From Octopus bimaculoides (lineage: Eukaryota): a stretch of 35,767 nt of DNA. The position numbers and the translations under genes are program-made. Under the pieces are notes generated by a model. The model was not told the DNA's origin, searched no databases, and was given only the letters and a program-made list of their open reading frames with translations. Each line of letters begins with the position of its first letter. The stretch's first letter is position 1. The stretch spans positions 6,707,544 through 6,743,310 of the forward strand of contig NC_068981.1 of the NCBI RefSeq assembly GCF_001194135.2. Reading direction: 5' to 3'. Of this stretch, positions 33,523-35,767 are shown in pieces.

Positions 33523-33783
33523 ACCGAAATTGCTGGCCTCGTGCCACATCTTGAAACCATTATTATTGTTGTTAAGGTGGCGAGTGGGTCGAATCATTAG
33601 CAAACCGGGAGAAATCCTCAGCAACGCTTCGTCCGCTTTTACGTTCAATTCCAGCCGAGGTCGACTTTGCCTTTCATCCTTTCAGGGTCGATAAACAAGT
33701 ACCAGCTGAGCACTGGGGTCGGTCTAATCGACTGGTCTCCTCTCCTCAAGATTGCTGGCCTTGTGCCAAAATGTGAAACCAAT
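33523..33783 (+). mobile_element. SINE family B: 3' stub with ATT/GTT tail (33523-33573) followed by a full copy (33574-33783)
   Basis: AAATTGCTGGCCTCGTGCC..GAAACC-attattattgttgtt-AAGGTGGCGAG..CCGAGGTCGACTTTGCCTTTCATCCTTTCAGGGTCGATAAA..GTGAAACC. Confidence 0.88.
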
Positions 33784-34175
33784 ATACTTAGTAGATCTGT
33801 GAATGCTCGAAATCGCAATTTGTATAGCCATATATATGATGGATGACAGCCAAATAAAATAATATAGAAATCAGAAGAATATTCCTCAATAATTCCAAGA
33901 AAGTTCTACGAAGCTTGAGAACATATCAGACACATCGATACAAAAGAGTTAAAAATATAACTATCAACCGGAAATCATGTGACATATGTTGCGTTAGTTT
34001 TGTACTGGCGAGATAAATCATTACCAGCCTGAAGGCACCAGATGGTGTCTTTGAGAAAATGTCGTGTGAAAGCCAGATGTTGCTTGCTTGACCAATCACT
34101 ACCCTAATATCCGTTCACCACAGACCTGCTACGTACAAAATTTATCTACTTACCGTTTTTTTCTTTCCTCTCACT

Positions 34176-34179
<4 letters not shown>

Positions 34180-34218
<39 letters not shown>

Positions 34219-34520
34219 GCTTCCTCCTTTCTCTCTCTCTCTCTCTCTAGCTTCCTTCTCTCTCTCTCTCTCTCTTGCTTCCCCTTTTCTCTCTTTGTTT
34301 CTTTGCAGTCTAATATCATTGNNNNNNNNNNNNNNNNNNNNNNNNNNNNNNNNNNNNNNNNNNNNNNNNNNNNNNNNNNNNNNNNNNNNNNNNNNNNNNN
34401 NNNNNNNNNNNNNNNNNNNNNNNNNNNNNNNNNNNNNNNNNNNNNNNNNNNNNNNNNNNNNNNNNNNNNNNNNNNNNNNNNNNNNNNNNNNNNNNNNNNN
34501 NNNNNNNNNNNNNNNNNNNN

Positions 34521-34572
<52 letters not shown>

Positions 34573-34815
34573 GGTGGGTGTGTGTGTTTGTCTATCTATA
34601 TATGTATCTATGTATGCATATGTGTATACGTGAGTCTCTAGAAGACTGTCCCAGCTTAGTTATTCGAAGCAAGTTTTTCATGCATGTGTATATATTTGGT
34701 AAATTAAATTCCTGTATGTATATTTGTAAAATTCACACACACACACACACATGCACACATACACACACATACACACGCACAAACGCACACGCACTCACAC
34801 ATATATGTATATATG
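34180..34815. repeat. (CT)n, (TA)n, (TG)n and (CA)n microsatellites around gap 34322-34520
   Basis: Direct reading. Confidence 0.9.
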
Positions 34816-34950
34816 ACACTAAACAAATGACATAGGAACGGGAAATAAAGTAATGAACTTCATTGACTTACAGTGGTTTCTGCTAAAAGGCGTAGTGCAC
34901 TCAGAAGTGCGTGCTTGTGTATCACCTTAGAAGCTTCTGCAGAGCTTCTA
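34814..34950 (-). mobile_element. Relic HHR-type terminal repeat, homologous to 25670-25806
   Basis: Minus: CTGCAGA-aGCTTctaaggtgatacacAAGC..GAGTGCAC..TAGCAGAAACCACTGTAAGTCAATGAAGTTCAT; ends at a TA-rich tract. Confidence 0.45.
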
Positions 34951-35005
34951 TAATGAAATGAAATCTTATCTTGGAAAGCATTTATATATATATATATATA
35001 TATAT

Positions 35006-35767
35006 TCATAAATATACAGGGATTAGCATGAGTTGCTTCTCCAGCATACTGAGAATTTAGAAATAGCAGTCAAAGAACTACTGATTCCAAACTACAAATT
35101 TTTTCTCTAACGGATGGCGATATGAGAAGCAACACATGCTAATCCCTGTATATTTATGATTATAAATGGTTTTACCGATAAAGGTTTTTTCATACTGAAC
35201 TACTTGGCAGAATTGTAGATTATTAATTTTATTACTAATTGACGATTCCCTGCCCTATATCTGTATATTTTATATTGATGCCTCTAATTGGATGGTTAAA
35301 CTGTAACCCTTTATACGGGACTATTTGTGGCGCACATGGAATAGATTCTTTGGAGGGAAGTGTTTGAACTCACTAGCCGATAAATTTCGTAAGTGCCTTC
35401 CTCACGTGGTTTTGATGTCGCATGGTCAAAATTCCTGTGAGTTATATAGACACTTTCAAATTTATTCGAATATTGGGCTGAAGATCGGAATAGAGTACCT
35501 TCATACTCTTAACCGTGAAACGTCGTACTCAATTAACTAAAGGCAGGTTTGTTTTTTCTTTTCTCTTCTGTTTTTTGTTCTGTGTGTGCCAAAAATTTGT
35601 AGTTTGAAATCAGTAGTTCTTTGACTGCTATTTCTAAATTCTCAGTATGTTGGAGAAGCAACTCATGCTAATCCCTGTATATTTATGATTATAAATGGTT
35701 TTACCGATAAAGGTTTTTTCATACTGAACTACTTGGCAAAATTGTTAATTATTAATTTTATTACTAA
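35006..35767 (+). mobile_element. ORF-less HHR-bearing element: ~529-bp direct-repeat unit plus 98-bp inverted terminal copy (Penelope pLTR-like / retrozyme-like)
   Basis: 35124-35238 repeats at 35653-35767 (111/115 identical, offset 529). 35006-35103 is the reverse complement of 35591-35688 (96/98) and abuts (TA)n 34983-35005. HHR at 35472-35533. Confidence 0.75.
35472..35533 (+). ncRNA. Type I hammerhead ribozyme motif
   Basis: Stem I ATTGGG/CTCAAT (6 bp), CUGAAGA 35478-84, stem II CGG/CCG + AGAGTA/TACTCT with loop CCTTCA, GAAAC 35517-21, near-palindromic stem III ACGTCGT, GUA triplet 35525-27. Basal stem II pair is U-U instead of R-Y. Confidence 0.72.

Overview
AT-rich, microsatellite-dense eukaryotic intronic/intergenic DNA with ten N-gaps, most of them beside microsatellites. 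The repeat content strongly resembles an octopus (coleoid cephalopod) genome; this assignment is from recall of octopus SINE sequences, not from a search. No intact protein-coding gene can be supported. The long ORFs in the track are artefacts of N-runs, microsatellites or repeats. Supported content: (i) many copies of two tRNA-headed SINE families (called A and B here) plus one copy of a third; (ii) fossil autonomous elements: a ~3 kb CR1-like LINE ORF2 (APE+RT, 27340-30315), a second CR1/L2-type RT fragment, two R4/Dong-like REL-endonuclease 3' ends stacked in (TAA)n tracts, and a mariner transposase relic; (iii) a degenerate tRNA-Thr(CGT)-like cloverleaf; (iv) several long fold-back palindromes. 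The main result is a set of minimal type I hammerhead-ribozyme (HHR) motifs of the kind associated with Penelope-like elements and metazoan retrozymes. Four have the CUGANGA/GAAAC/GUH core intact (10756-10789 +, 20709-20754 -, 31594-31654 +, 35472-35533 +) and several more are relics. They lie in short ORF-less elements whose 3' ends often abut (TA)n. One lies in a ~529-bp directly repeated unit with an inverted terminal copy, making it a candidate self-cleaving/circular-RNA-producing retrozyme-like element.
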